From NCBI GenBank assembly GCA_028819305.1, contig JAPPLY010000069.1, forward strand, positions 1,628 through 65,627: a DNA stretch of 64,000 nucleotides, written 5' to 3'. Each line of letters opens with the position of its first letter. Position 1 is the stretch's first letter. Positions 36,449-45,419 of the stretch are shown one piece after another. The position numbers were made by a program, and so were the translations under genes. Source of the stretch: Bdellovibrionales bacterium (GTDB lineage: Bacteria; Bdellovibrionota; Bdellovibrionia; Bdellovibrionales; UBA1609). The notes under the pieces are model-generated. The model was not told the DNA's origin, did no database searches, and saw only the letters and a program-made list of their open reading frames with translations.

Positions 36449-37816
36449 CTAAGTAGAAATAGGTTTGTCCTCTTTCTCTTTTCCTCTAGAATCCCTATTT
36501 AAAAGGAGTTTTTCAGCCAGAAGTCCGCTGGTTTGCTCTTCTAATATTTGTACTAGTTTTTGAGCACGGCTGGAAATAAAACTGTGGCCAAGCAAAAGAG
36601 GGATAGCACAACAAAGCCCTAATACGGTTGTCATTAAAGCTTGTGAGATACCACCGGCCATAAGTTTAGGGTCTCCTGTACCAAAAAGAGTAATAGCTTG
36701 AAAAGTGAGGATCATCCCTATAACTGTTCCTAAAAGACCCATAAGGGGAGCTATGGCCGCAAAGAGTTTAATAACTCCAATGCGTTTTTCCACTCTAGGC
36801 AGATATTTCACCACCACTTCATTTAATTTCATTTCTAAAGATTCTATATCCTGATCTTTATTTTTTTCATAAACAGAGAGAATCTGTCCAATAGGATTAT
36901 CTTCTTTTGGTTCGAGTTGTTTTAATTGAATATTTATTTTTGCTGTCTCTCTCCTTATAACTAACCATCTTTCTATGGCAATGGCGATTCCTATCAGTAG
37001 GACAATAATAATTAAAAGCCCTACTAGCCCCCCTTGTTTGAGTCTTTCAAATAGGTTAGGGGTCCGAATCAAAATAGAAATTAAAGAACCTCTGGTTGGG
37101 TCCAGAGCGAAAATAGGTTGAGTGCCTTTTTTTGCTTTTTCCATTTTTTTAATATAACGGGTAAAGTGCCTCTTTGGTTGGCTGGCTAACTCCACAACTT
37201 GAGGAGGGTCCCCTTGGTAATTTAAATATTGACCATCACTTACCAGATTAAAACTGCCGACACGCGTGATAAGTTGTTTAGCCTGCTTTCCTTCCAGAGT
37301 AATAACTTCCGCTTCAAACTGTGTCACTTTCCCTTGCTCTGTCATTTCTCTTTGTATTTCAAACCACAGTCTTCTGAGTTCTTCGATATTAGGTAGTTTT
37401 TTTCGGGCGGCCATATTTTCTACAAAATGTTCCCGCCCGGGTATTTCCACGGAAACAAGAGAATTTAAAACTTGTCCTCGAAAATCGCCGGCTATTTGTT
37501 TAACAACACCAAAAAGTTCTCCCAGAACACCTACAGCTAAATTTAATTCGTTCTCCAAAATAGTTAATTCTTTTTCATTGGTTTCAAATTGAGAAGTGAG
37601 TTGTTGGCTAATTCTTTCTTCTTTTTTTAATTCTTTTAAGGCTTGATTGAGAAGTTGTTTTCTCTTATCTCTTTCCTTTTTAAACTGAAGTTCTCTTTTC
37701 CGAAATTCTTCTGATTCATATTGCCTTTCTTCCAATACTTTCTTTAAAAGATCATCTAAAGTGTTAGCCTGAGTAGAAAAAGATATAGAAAAAATCACAA
37801 AAGCGAGGACAAACAT
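36449..37816 (-). CDS. large MotA/TolQ/ExbB-family protein with long periplasmic coiled-coil N-domain (TtpC-like)
   Basis: C-terminal APLMGLLGTVIGMILTFQAI...MAGGISQALMTTVLGL. Start set at MFVLAFVIFSISFSTQA (signal peptide) rather than the upstream TTG at 37870. Confidence 0.75.
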   Translation of the reverse strand: MFVLAFVIFSISFSTQANTLDDLLKKVLEERQYESEEFRKRELQFKKERDKRKQLLNQALKELKKEERISQQLTSQFETNEKELTILENELNLAVGVLGELFGVVKQIAGDFRGQVLNSLVSVEIPGREHFVENMAARKKLPNIEELRRLWFEIQREMTEQGKVTQFEAEVITLEGKQAKQLITRVGSFNLVSDGQYLNYQGDPPQVVELASQPKRHFTRYIKKMEKAKKGTQPIFALDPTRGSLISILIRTPNLFERLKQGGLVGLLIIIVLLIGIAIAIERWLVIRRETAKINIQLKQLEPKEDNPIGQILSVYEKNKDQDIESLEMKLNEVVVKYLPRVEKRIGVIKLFAAIAPLMGLLGTVIGMILTFQAITLFGTGDPKLMAGGISQALMTTVLGLCCAIPLLLGHSFISSRAQKLVQILEEQTSGLLAEKLLLNRDSRGKEKEDKPIST

Positions 37817-37916
37817 TATTTTATACCGAACCGATATGGAATTCTTGTTTTCACGAGGACCTGCTTGCAAACTCCATTTGTTTTGCGGAAGCGAGGATTA
37901 AATGAGGTTAGTATAT

Positions 37917-38951
37917 TCATTCGTCATCCTCTTTTTTTACAGGAGAAGCGCTTTCTTTTTCCAATTGATCATCTTTTTGTATTGCCGGTGAACCCTTTTT
38001 CACTTCTGTCTCTGATACCTTCTCTGTGTCTTCTACAGTTGAATCAGCCTCTTTCCTTTCTGATCCATTGGTTTCTTCTTCCGGTGGAGATGACAAGTTG
38101 TTATCTTCCGCTATCACTATGGCCGTTTTTACTGGAGCGGGAATGGGTAAAGTTAATAAATCCGGGGGTTGTTGGTTTCTGGCAATTTTAAGACCTTTTT
38201 CCACCGCTCTACTGTAACGGGAAGATAGAGTCTCCCATTTTTTTTGACTTTGCTTCCAGTAACCTTGCTTTTTTCCATCAGAGGTTTGATAAAGCAGAGC
38301 TATACGGCCTACCCGAAGATAGTTCACACTCAGTTTTTTGCCTTTAATCGCCTTGATACCTTGGTAAGCTTCCAGGGTTCTGCCATACTCAGTTTCAATC
38401 TGATAAGCTTCCATAAGACGGCGGTATTTTTCAGATATGGAAATATCCGCACGGTCCATGATTTTCTTAATTTCCTCCAGTCTTTTTTTTCTTTCTTCCA
38501 TTAAAAAAGGAATATCCAAGGAAATAAATTGTTCCAGATTTTTAACCATCTCTAACATCAGGGGAACAATGTCTTTACCAGTTTTTTTAACTTCCACAAT
38601 TTGTGTGCGGATGGATTTCATTTCCTGGTTTTGATCTAAAATGAGCTTTCTTATTTGTTCGTTATAGGTACGGGTGCTTTCGATCTGGCGTAGAGTGATC
38701 TCGTATTCACTAACCAGGTCTCCTGTTTCCTCTGCTAGAGAAGAGATTTTTTCTTGGGATCTGGCCCCTTTTTGGTGATTTTTGATTTGTTCTGCAATAA
38801 CTTTGTTTAGCTGATTTTCGCTATTGGAGGCATATAAACTTTTTATAGAAAAAAGCGATAGCCACTCAGTTGTCTGAGAACTTTCTTTGGCTGATAAAAA
38901 AAAGGGGCTGACTGCCAGTAAAACAGTCAGCCCAAATGAAATTAAATTCAC
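37917..38951 (-). CDS. DUF3450-family periplasmic coiled-coil protein with acidic C-terminal extension
   Basis: 344 aa, GTG start. EKYRRLMEAYQIETEYGRTLEAYQG...NYLRVGRIALLYQTSDG matches my memory of DUF3450. Confidence 0.7.
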   Translation of the reverse strand: MNLISFGLTVLLAVSPFFLSAKESSQTTEWLSLFSIKSLYASNSENQLNKVIAEQIKNHQKGARSQEKISSLAEETGDLVSEYEITLRQIESTRTYNEQIRKLILDQNQEMKSIRTQIVEVKKTGKDIVPLMLEMVKNLEQFISLDIPFLMEERKKRLEEIKKIMDRADISISEKYRRLMEAYQIETEYGRTLEAYQGIKAIKGKKLSVNYLRVGRIALLYQTSDGKKQGYWKQSQKKWETLSSRYSRAVEKGLKIARNQQPPDLLTLPIPAPVKTAIVIAEDNNLSSPPEEETNGSERKEADSTVEDTEKVSETEVKKGSPAIQKDDQLEKESASPVKKEDDE

Positions 38952-38967
38952 AAAACAATGCCTTTTT

Positions 38968-39087
38968 TATACCCATAGGGTATATTATTTTTCCGTAACT
39001 TCTTGGCTCTTTCCTCCGGGGCAGCTAAGCCTTTAACTCCGACATTTTCAAACCTTGTCCTCGCGAAAGCGGGGAACGACCGGTATA
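38968..39087. mobile_element. T1 MITE-like element (core plus CCTCGCGAAAGCGGGG module)
   Basis: TATACCCATAGGGTATATTATTTTTCCGTAACTTC...CATTTTCAAACCTTGTCCTCGCGAAAGCGGGGAACGACCGGTATA. Lies 17 bp upstream of the DUF3450 start. Confidence 0.85.
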
Positions 39088-39125
39088 TTATTAGTAGTGG
39101 TAGTAAAAAGCACCCCATCTCTCAT

Positions 39126-41939
39126 TTACTGAAAGTTGTAAGTCAACCTGGCATCAAGTGTTCTTCCCCTCACACTATATAAGTGGGAAGCAACATATCC
39201 ATGGCTTCCAAAATCCTTATCGTTACGGGGGCGTTCAGCACCAAAAATATTTCTAATCCCCACTGCTAAACTGGTTTGTTTATCTAAACTAAACACCCCA
39301 GCCAAGTCTAACTGCCAATAGTGGTCAATTTGTTCATCTTCAGGCCCTCCCTTTTCTTTTAACTGTGAGGGTATATTATGTACAACCAATTGAAATGTAT
39401 GTCCCAGGTCTTTATTCATTGTACTAAATGTAACAGTGTTTCTCCATCTGGGATACTTATACAGTGTGGATCGGTTTTCTAAATCGGAAACCGCATTTTC
39501 AAATCCGAACCAATCTTCCATCCATTCTTCGGCAGGGACAGGGGTTTCAGGGTCTGATTTCTTAAAAGCTTGCCGCTCCACATAGAGAAGGTGAGAATGA
39601 TCCATTTTCACACCTAAATCCCATGACATAGCTAGAGGTGTTGAAAAACCGAGAGATAAATCCACACCATGTACTTTATAGCTAGCCTGATTGGAAGGAG
39701 ATATTTCAATCATTTTCACTATATTATTAGCATCTCTTACAACATTAGCTTGTATTTCTTTTAAACTTTTAGAACCATATTTCGCCTCATAAGCAAATAT
39801 ATCTCCCACAAGTTCCCCTGCTGCATCAGACGAAGATGTTTCCACAATGATTTCACTTTGACTTGTCCGAAAGTAATCCACACTAAAAAACATGTTTTTA
39901 ACCGGTTCAAAAACAATACCAAGATTAAAAGATTGAGATAGTTCCGGTTGCAGGTTTTTGTTCCCTCTCAAAACAGTTACATATTGTTTTGTTTTACAGT
40001 CTGGATTTGCCTCTTGCTCCTTTTTAGACAAACTGGAAGGACAGAGTATCGGATCCTTTGCAAAAGGATGAGTAATAAGCTCATTTAAATGAATACTTTC
40101 GAGAGTGGGAGCCTTAAAACCCATGCTCCAGGAGGCTCTTAATTTTACTTCATCCATAGGTTGAAGAGAGACAGCCGCCCTCGGAGAAAATGGCATAGTT
40201 GTTTCTTCATCAAAAGGTACTACCTGCTCTGTCAGGCCAAAATCACTGTAGTAATCCATACGAGCAGCCAGCTGAAGCTCAACCATTTCAAAAGAGAAAA
40301 GGGACAATTCTCCATAAAAAGCACTAAACCAACGACTGCCTTCTCCTTCTGCTATACCGCCCCCACCCCATTGAAGGCCGGCTCTGGTTACCTCGTCACT
40401 TTTTTGACTGTATCTTTGCCAGGCACCTAAACCCCCTGTTGCAAAATACAGAGCATGATCATTCGTGCTCATTATTTCACCAGTTAGCTTAGGTTCAATG
40501 CTGAGCAGATTAGCATCAGTACTAAGAGTCGGCTCATAAATAGCTTTAGTGACATCACTTTTTTTATCATCAGGGAGAAAAGGATTAAACTCAGTAGGGT
40601 TTTTGTTAGCCATTTCCAGGAGTATTTTTCTATTAGCCCAACCGGATGTCCCTGTATTGAAGTAATGAGAACCCGATATATTAGCATATACATCAAACTC
40701 CATTGTGTCCTTTACAGGTGTAACGATACCAGCTTGAACTTGATAGTAATGCATATTCAGTACATTATGTCTTGGTCCAGATCCCGGTTCATTAACCAAA
40801 CGATATTTCAACTCTATGGGTCCACTTGCAGAAAGCCCCCAAGCTTGAGCTGTCTCCTGTGGCACACGAGGGTCTTTCTCTGTACCTATTTCGTCTGGCC
40901 GCTGCGGTGTTGCTAAATACTGTGGTGGTGGAGCTAATATAGAAAAAGACCGTGTAAAAGAATAAAGAGCCGTTGCTGTAAGAGTGCTGTTCCCCATTTC
41001 CTTATCCGCTTGTGCAAAGGCACTTGTTTGAAAAACTTGCGGCATAAATTGCATGTAAGGGCTATAGTCAAACTTACATTGTCCATCTTCTTGTATTCTG
41101 TACTTTGGACAATTTAGATCCGCTTGCCATGTAGAACCATCGTCGTTCCAAGATCCAGGGTTTCCCCAAGTACTCCAGAAATCTAATTCTGGCTTACCAA
41201 ATTCCCGGTCTCTCAAATACATAGGAGAGTTAAAGCGAATCTGCCCACTGACTAGATAGTTTATATCATTGTGATTTCCACCGTAAGTGGCATCAACACT
41301 GATTTTATCCCCTTTACCAGCCCAGGAATTATCTAATGAACTAGGTCCTACATCATCCCAGTTCCAAAAATCCATAAAAGAGCTAAGAGTTTCCAAATTA
41401 TTTCCTTCTTGTCTTTGTACTAAGGCTGCTTGTACATTTACCTGCCCGCCGACATAACCTTTCTTAGTAACAACATTAATCACACCACCAATAGCGTCAG
41501 ATCCATAAAGAGAAGAAGCTCCATCTTTTAAAATCTCCACTTTTTCAATAGAGGAAAGAGGAAGGATACTTAAGTCAACTGTATTACTACCACCAATAGG
41601 GGACATACGTCGGCCATTGATGAGCACCAAAATATCATTATGTTTCATCCCTCTTAAACTGGTTTTCATGGTAGCCGCATGGCTCTCTAAAGAAGTTTCC
41701 CTTTGTCCACCCAAAGAGGCTGTAGGTAGGTCACGAAGAACATCACCAAGGGAGTTATAACCGGACATTTCAATTTGCTCGCGATCAATAACCAAAAGCG
41801 GAGAAGGCCCCTCTATGTTTGTTCTTTTAATATGAGATCCGATGACATTGATTTTTTCCACTTTCCCATCATCTTCCTGCGCAACAGAATAAAATGATAA
41901 AAAAGCCAATGGAACTAAAAAAGACAGTAAATACCTCAT
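39126..41939 (-). CDS. TonB-dependent outer-membrane receptor
   Basis: 937 aa. Signal peptide, plug domain (IEKVEILKDGASSLYGSDAIGGVINVVTKK), long beta-barrel, C-terminal ...RLTYNFQ. Confidence 0.88.
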   Translation of the reverse strand: MRYLLSFLVPLAFLSFYSVAQEDDGKVEKINVIGSHIKRTNIEGPSPLLVIDREQIEMSGYNSLGDVLRDLPTASLGGQRETSLESHAATMKTSLRGMKHNDILVLINGRRMSPIGGSNTVDLSILPLSSIEKVEILKDGASSLYGSDAIGGVINVVTKKGYVGGQVNVQAALVQRQEGNNLETLSSFMDFWNWDDVGPSSLDNSWAGKGDKISVDATYGGNHNDINYLVSGQIRFNSPMYLRDREFGKPELDFWSTWGNPGSWNDDGSTWQADLNCPKYRIQEDGQCKFDYSPYMQFMPQVFQTSAFAQADKEMGNSTLTATALYSFTRSFSILAPPPQYLATPQRPDEIGTEKDPRVPQETAQAWGLSASGPIELKYRLVNEPGSGPRHNVLNMHYYQVQAGIVTPVKDTMEFDVYANISGSHYFNTGTSGWANRKILLEMANKNPTEFNPFLPDDKKSDVTKAIYEPTLSTDANLLSIEPKLTGEIMSTNDHALYFATGGLGAWQRYSQKSDEVTRAGLQWGGGGIAEGEGSRWFSAFYGELSLFSFEMVELQLAARMDYYSDFGLTEQVVPFDEETTMPFSPRAAVSLQPMDEVKLRASWSMGFKAPTLESIHLNELITHPFAKDPILCPSSLSKKEQEANPDCKTKQYVTVLRGNKNLQPELSQSFNLGIVFEPVKNMFFSVDYFRTSQSEIIVETSSSDAAGELVGDIFAYEAKYGSKSLKEIQANVVRDANNIVKMIEISPSNQASYKVHGVDLSLGFSTPLAMSWDLGVKMDHSHLLYVERQAFKKSDPETPVPAEEWMEDWFGFENAVSDLENRSTLYKYPRWRNTVTFSTMNKDLGHTFQLVVHNIPSQLKEKGGPEDEQIDHYWQLDLAGVFSLDKQTSLAVGIRNIFGAERPRNDKDFGSHGYVASHLYSVRGRTLDARLTYNFQ

Positions 41940-42441
41940 TATTGAAACCTCCTTATAAAACCCCAGGGTTTGTGTTTATAAACTCTCCTTAGAGAACATA
42001 TTTTATTTTTTTTGACAAGTGATTATTAAGAATGTTTTTTAAGTTTATAAAAATATAACGCAATACATAAATAGAAAATTACAAGTTATTATAATGATTT
42101 ACAGATATATAAAAATAACTTTAATGAGAACCCCTTATCAATCAAAATAAGCTGGTGGTTCTTTTGGCGGTCATAGTCCTTTTATCTTTAAGATAAAAGG
42201 ATTTAGAAACACCCTATTTTATCTGGACTTGATTTCAGTAGGGGATGTAAAACTTCTTGACTGGTTCGGTATAGATTTCAATTAGGATTATATAAGAAGC
42301 TTAAAGAAGAATATTAGTTATAGTATCCATTTTATTGGCCTTGTGTTGTAAATAAAAGCTTTCTATAGTTTATATATAATTATATATCAGAATTTCTTAA
42401 TAATATTTCAAAAATCTTTTTTTATATTTGATAAAAAAGGA

Positions 42442-42732
42442 ATGACAATGGAACAACTCCCATTACTAAAAGACACTAGAAAATTCTACCATAATGTTAG
42501 GAAGAATACTTCAGGTACATTTGTAAATAATATGAAATTACCGATTCATCGATGGTTTCGGTATTCTGCGGGATTTAGTGCTGATTGGGTTACACAAGAA
42601 ATATACAGCTATCAAAATGAAAGGGGGATATATCCAAAATTTGGACAGATTATTGGCAATTTATTGGAAGCTATTATTTACCCTCTTCTTCTAAAGTATT
42701 GCAATAAAAATAACCTTTTATTCGTTCTATAG
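42442..42732 (+). pseudogene. N-terminal remnant of a DNA methyltransferase
   Basis: NMKLPIHRWFRYSAGFSADWV resembles the conserved N-terminus of N4/N6 DNA methylases. The AdoMet motif region is degenerate (IYPKFGQIIGNLLEA). The ORF runs antisense into the 3-prime end of ctaA. Confidence 0.4.
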
Positions 42733-43636
42733 AACATTCCAAAGTCAATATAAAGCTCATAACAAGAAGATATACTATCAAAAGATGAACTAGTTTTAAA
42801 AATACAGGAGACAGTAATAATAAGTTCATTAGACCGGAAAATAAAGTCAAGCTCACACAAACAATAAATATTTTTTGCAAAACAGTCCTTGTTCCTTTTT
42901 CTCTTTTATCCTGAAAAAAATAATAATATAAAAAAGCTCCACCAAAAGATAAGGCTAAAAAAGGATGTAACCATCGCAGGCGAATAAGCCAAGGAGAGTC
43001 CGGGTTAAAATCCAGGGCCAGACCCTCTAAAAGAGAGGGAGAGGGAAATAAAGAGGACGCCAGAGAAGACACAGAACCAAAAAAAGCAATAAGAAAAAAA
43101 ACAAAGAGGAACAAAGCTTTTGAAAGCCGATCGCTTCCCTCGTTCATTCGGTTAAAAAAAGAAAACTTTTTTCCAAGAGACAATCGCCAGCAAATAAAAA
43201 GGCTACTGACTAATAATACAGAGTTCAATAAGTGTAGATTCATAACTAAAACACGAGCCGGAGAAGTATTGTCACCGGTTAGACCCGCCAACACCAAACC
43301 AGCCCCAATCAAGGCTTCACTGATAGTGAATAAAAAAATACATAAAACACTTTTAGAAACAGGATGCCGAAAAGGAAATTTCAGAAAAGACCAAATAAAA
43401 AGCCAAATAACCATTATGCCAAATAAACTGGAAGTAGCTCTGTGTATCCACTCAATCCAGGTTTTTTGTTGTTCTCCAGAGTCAATCAAATATTGCCCCT
43501 GACAGCTAGGCCAGCTTTGTCCACAACCATCTCCTGAATGAGAAATACGAACCCAAGCCCCCCATAAAATAACCAAGAGACAAAAACATAAAGTAAACAA
43601 ACAAAAAAAAGAGAAAGTTTTATTTTGTTGCTTCAT
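42674..43636 (-). CDS. ctaA: haem A synthase (COX15/CtaA)
   Basis: 320 aa, polytopic. WGAWVRISHSGDGCGQSWPSCQG. Confidence 0.8.
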   Translation of the reverse strand: MKQQNKTFSFFCLFTLCFCLLVILWGAWVRISHSGDGCGQSWPSCQGQYLIDSGEQQKTWIEWIHRATSSLFGIMVIWLFIWSFLKFPFRHPVSKSVLCIFLFTISEALIGAGLVLAGLTGDNTSPARVLVMNLHLLNSVLLVSSLFICWRLSLGKKFSFFNRMNEGSDRLSKALFLFVFFLIAFFGSVSSLASSLFPSPSLLEGLALDFNPDSPWLIRLRWLHPFLALSFGGAFLYYYFFQDKREKGTRTVLQKIFIVCVSLTLFSGLMNLLLLSPVFLKLVHLLIVYLLVMSFILTLECSIERIKGYFYCNTLEEEGK

Positions 43637-43831
43637 TTTTTATTACACACTCAATTTATACCACTTTAGTTTAGGTTTGAGATCTCATAGGGAAAGAACA
43701 AAACACTTATTTTTCATAGTTATAACAATAAATTCACTACCTTCTGATTAACTTAAGTGATCTTGAAACTTCCCTCATTTTTATTAATCCTTTAAGAGTT
43801 CATTATGAGTTCTTAAGAAAATATTCTATTT

Positions 43832-44082
43832 AATCGGTTCTGAAAAAGTTTTCTTATTATTCAAAATTTTACAAGTTTAATATATTTTACTCAGGAAAAC
43901 CGTTTGCCGGTTGAGTTCCCAAGGACCTTGACTTTCTACCAAGAAAAACAAGGTCCGTTCCGAGAGGCAAAGCTCCGTATAAAGGCAAATCTGTTTTCCT
44001 GAAGGACACATTTACAGGATGACATCTAAAATAACAAAAATATAAATAAAATCAAATTGTTGGGACTTTTTCAGAACTGACT
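43832..44082. mobile_element. T2 MITE-like element with nested palindromes (251 bp)
   Basis: AATCGGTTCTGAAAAAG...GGGACTTTTTCAGAACTGACT. Inner TCAGGAAAAC...GTTTTCCTGA and CCAAGGACCTTG...CAAGGTCC. Confidence 0.85.
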
Positions 44083-44256
44083 ATTTATATTTCTTATCCA
44101 TTTTTGTCCAGACTAAAGCTGTGTTTTATCATTTAAAGCCGTGCTTATCCTTCATAATAGCGGTATCATTTTTAAGAAGAGAAACGGTACAATATTTACT
44201 CACGGCTATAAATCGGAACTTAATATATAGAGAACAGAAGTCACAAAGGGAAAAAT

Positions 44257-45267
44257 ATGAAATATTTAATTTTATTACTTTCTTTTGTCCTTGCTCTTTC
44301 TTCCGGATGTGGTGGAGGTGAACATCATTCCACAGAAGATCTAAATGACGGAGCTTTAGCAGGAAGCCCTACTGATGATGGTTCTTCTAGCCAACCGGGA
44401 AGCTCATTGACAGATGACCCTCCTATACCATCTACACCACAGACACCCAATAACCTATGTACTAAAACTTGTGTGACAGATGCCGAATGTGGAGAAAAAT
44501 ATAACACTTGCCTAAAACCTCATGCTGGAGAGCCGACAAAGACATATACAGATATATGTACAAACAGTCAGGCTTCAAAAGTCACCTTAGTTGTTAATGA
44601 ATGGGATGCTCCTTCCGGGCAAAATAAATTACTTTGTGATTTTATTGAAAATGACAGGATTTTATATAAATTTGCGACTGTCCAAAAAGAAGCGTGTCGT
44701 AAGGATATGGAAGTAAGAAAAATGGAATTAGCCCAGGAAGGCTATAGTTGTGGAACACCAGCACCGATATCCATACAACCGGCAGTATCAGCACCAACAG
44801 AAACAATAACAGCAGATACAGAGAGGCTTGCTCCGCCAGGAAGGTCAGCAGCAACAACAGTAAGACATATGGGGGAAACTTCTCCGTTACCGACAAGTTC
44901 ACCACCGATAACAACCAGAGCGGAGGGTGATCTATCAGCGGAAAAAATAGAAGAAACAGATATTTGCGATAGACCATGTGGAGATACAGTACAGTGCAGA
45001 GCGAAACACAAAAACTGCTTAAGACCTAAAGTTGGAGATCCTGTAACAACAGAAGAAATAGTATGTACGAAAGCTGGCGAAAAAAATATCTCTTTTAAAT
45101 TGAATGAATGGGACAGTTCTGGTCAAGGAAAAACATTGTTATGTGATCTTATTGAAGATGGGGAATTACTCCGATTTGCGACCGTCCAAAAAAACAACTG
45201 TCAACTTCGTCTTAAAGAAAGACAAGCGGAATTGATAAATGAAGGTTATGACTGTCAGCCTCAATAG
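44257..45267 (+). CDS. Cys-rich lipoprotein with two copies of an uncharacterised domain of about 100 aa
   Basis: 336 aa, lipobox LSSGC. Repeat A: CTKTCVTDAECGEKYNTCLKPHAGEP...LVVNEWDAPSGQNKLLCDFIEN...FATVQKEAC...EGYSC. Repeat B: CDRPCGDTVQCRAKHKNCLRPKVGDP...FKLNEWDSSGQGKTLLCDLIED...FATVQKNNC...EGYDC. Confidence 0.7.
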   Translation: MKYLILLLSFVLALSSGCGGGEHHSTEDLNDGALAGSPTDDGSSSQPGSSLTDDPPIPSTPQTPNNLCTKTCVTDAECGEKYNTCLKPHAGEPTKTYTDICTNSQASKVTLVVNEWDAPSGQNKLLCDFIENDRILYKFATVQKEACRKDMEVRKMELAQEGYSCGTPAPISIQPAVSAPTETITADTERLAPPGRSAATTVRHMGETSPLPTSSPPITTRAEGDLSAEKIEETDICDRPCGDTVQCRAKHKNCLRPKVGDPVTTEEIVCTKAGEKNISFKLNEWDSSGQGKTLLCDLIEDGELLRFATVQKNNCQLRLKERQAELINEGYDCQPQ

Positions 45268-45375
45268 TCAGTCCTGAAAAAGCTTTCTTATTCAAAAATT
45301 TTCAAGTTTAATATATTTTATTCAGGAAAACAGCTTGCCGGTGAAGGGTCCAAGGTCCAAGATCCTTAGCTTCAT
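45266..45375. mobile_element. T2 element, left part only
   Basis: AGTCAGTCCTGAAAAAGCTTTCTTATTCAAAAATTTTCAAGTTTAATATATTTTATTCAGGAAAACAGCTTGCCGG aligns with the left 110 bp of 43832-44082. Begins inside the TAG stop of the lipoprotein gene. Confidence 0.8.
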
Positions 45376-45419
45376 CCTCTAAAGAAATTTTATTAGGTAA
45401 ATATACATACATTTGAAAA

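Noticed and set aside
42085-42102. A Fur-box-like string GTTATTATAATGATTTAC upstream of the TonB-dependent receptor.
   Set aside because: The region is so AT-rich that a partial match to GATAATGATAATCATTATC is expected by chance. It needs a scored matrix search.
44325-45011. Several ORFs overlapping the lipoprotein gene 44257..45267 (44325..44507, 44642..44977, 44742..45011, 44748..44930).
   Set aside because: The plus-strand lipoprotein frame has a lipobox, an internal domain duplication and a plausible SD. The others have no support.
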